Positions 48,300-48,429 of a stretch of DNA of 48,429 nucleotides are shown here, one piece after another. The notes beneath the pieces are model-generated. The model searched no databases, had not been told where the DNA came from, and saw nothing but the letters and a program-made list of their open reading frames with translations. How positions within the stretch are numbered: the stretch's first letter is position 1; every line of letters begins with the position of its first letter. This stretch comes from Octopus sinensis (Eukaryota). The stretch spans positions 1-48,429 of the forward strand of contig NW_021834435.1 of NCBI RefSeq assembly GCF_006345805.1. The letters are read 5' to 3'. Both the position numbers and the translations under genes were made by a program.

Positions 48300-48429
48300 G
48301 TGGAGGCACATGGCCTAGTGGTTAGAGCAGCGGACTGCGGTCGAGGGATTGCGGATTTGAATCTCATACCGGGGTGATGTGTGTGTTAATGAACGAAACA
48401 CCTAAGCTCCACGCAGCTCCGGGAAGAAG
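48300..48429 (+). mobile_element. SINE C-related head, cut by the window end
   Basis: GTGGAGGCACATGGCCTAGTGGTTAGAGCAGCGGAC. Confidence 0.8.

Overview
Eukaryotic, AT-rich, repeat-saturated DNA. The SINE families, (TA)n/(CA)n/(TAGA)n load and TTAGGG-like motifs resemble octopus (coleoid cephalopod) genomic DNA; this is my inference and was not database-checked. Most of the window is mobile DNA: three tRNA-headed SINE families (my labels A, B, C), RTE-type LINE 3' fragments, a LINE 3'-UTR family (D), a ~548-bp fixed-ended element (F), non-autonomous Helitrons, MITEs and a decayed hAT transposase. Almost all ORFs in the supplied track are microsatellite or repeat artefacts. Host-gene signals are (i) a + strand chain of phase-1 exons encoding a Ser/Thr/Ala-rich xTKP-repeat peptide (19237-28526) and (ii) a - strand exon with a three-finger/Ly6-type CCxxDxCN motif, frameshifted by a 4-bp duplication. 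The most notable signal is a set of type I hammerhead ribozyme motifs from several unrelated Penelope-like relic families. Three full-core copies sit in a tandem-plus-inverted structure at 35.5-37.6 kb, next to an inverted pair in which one arm has lost the catalytic core. Coordinates were counted by eye and repeat boundaries are approximate. Scattered homopolymer indels suggest possible assembly errors.
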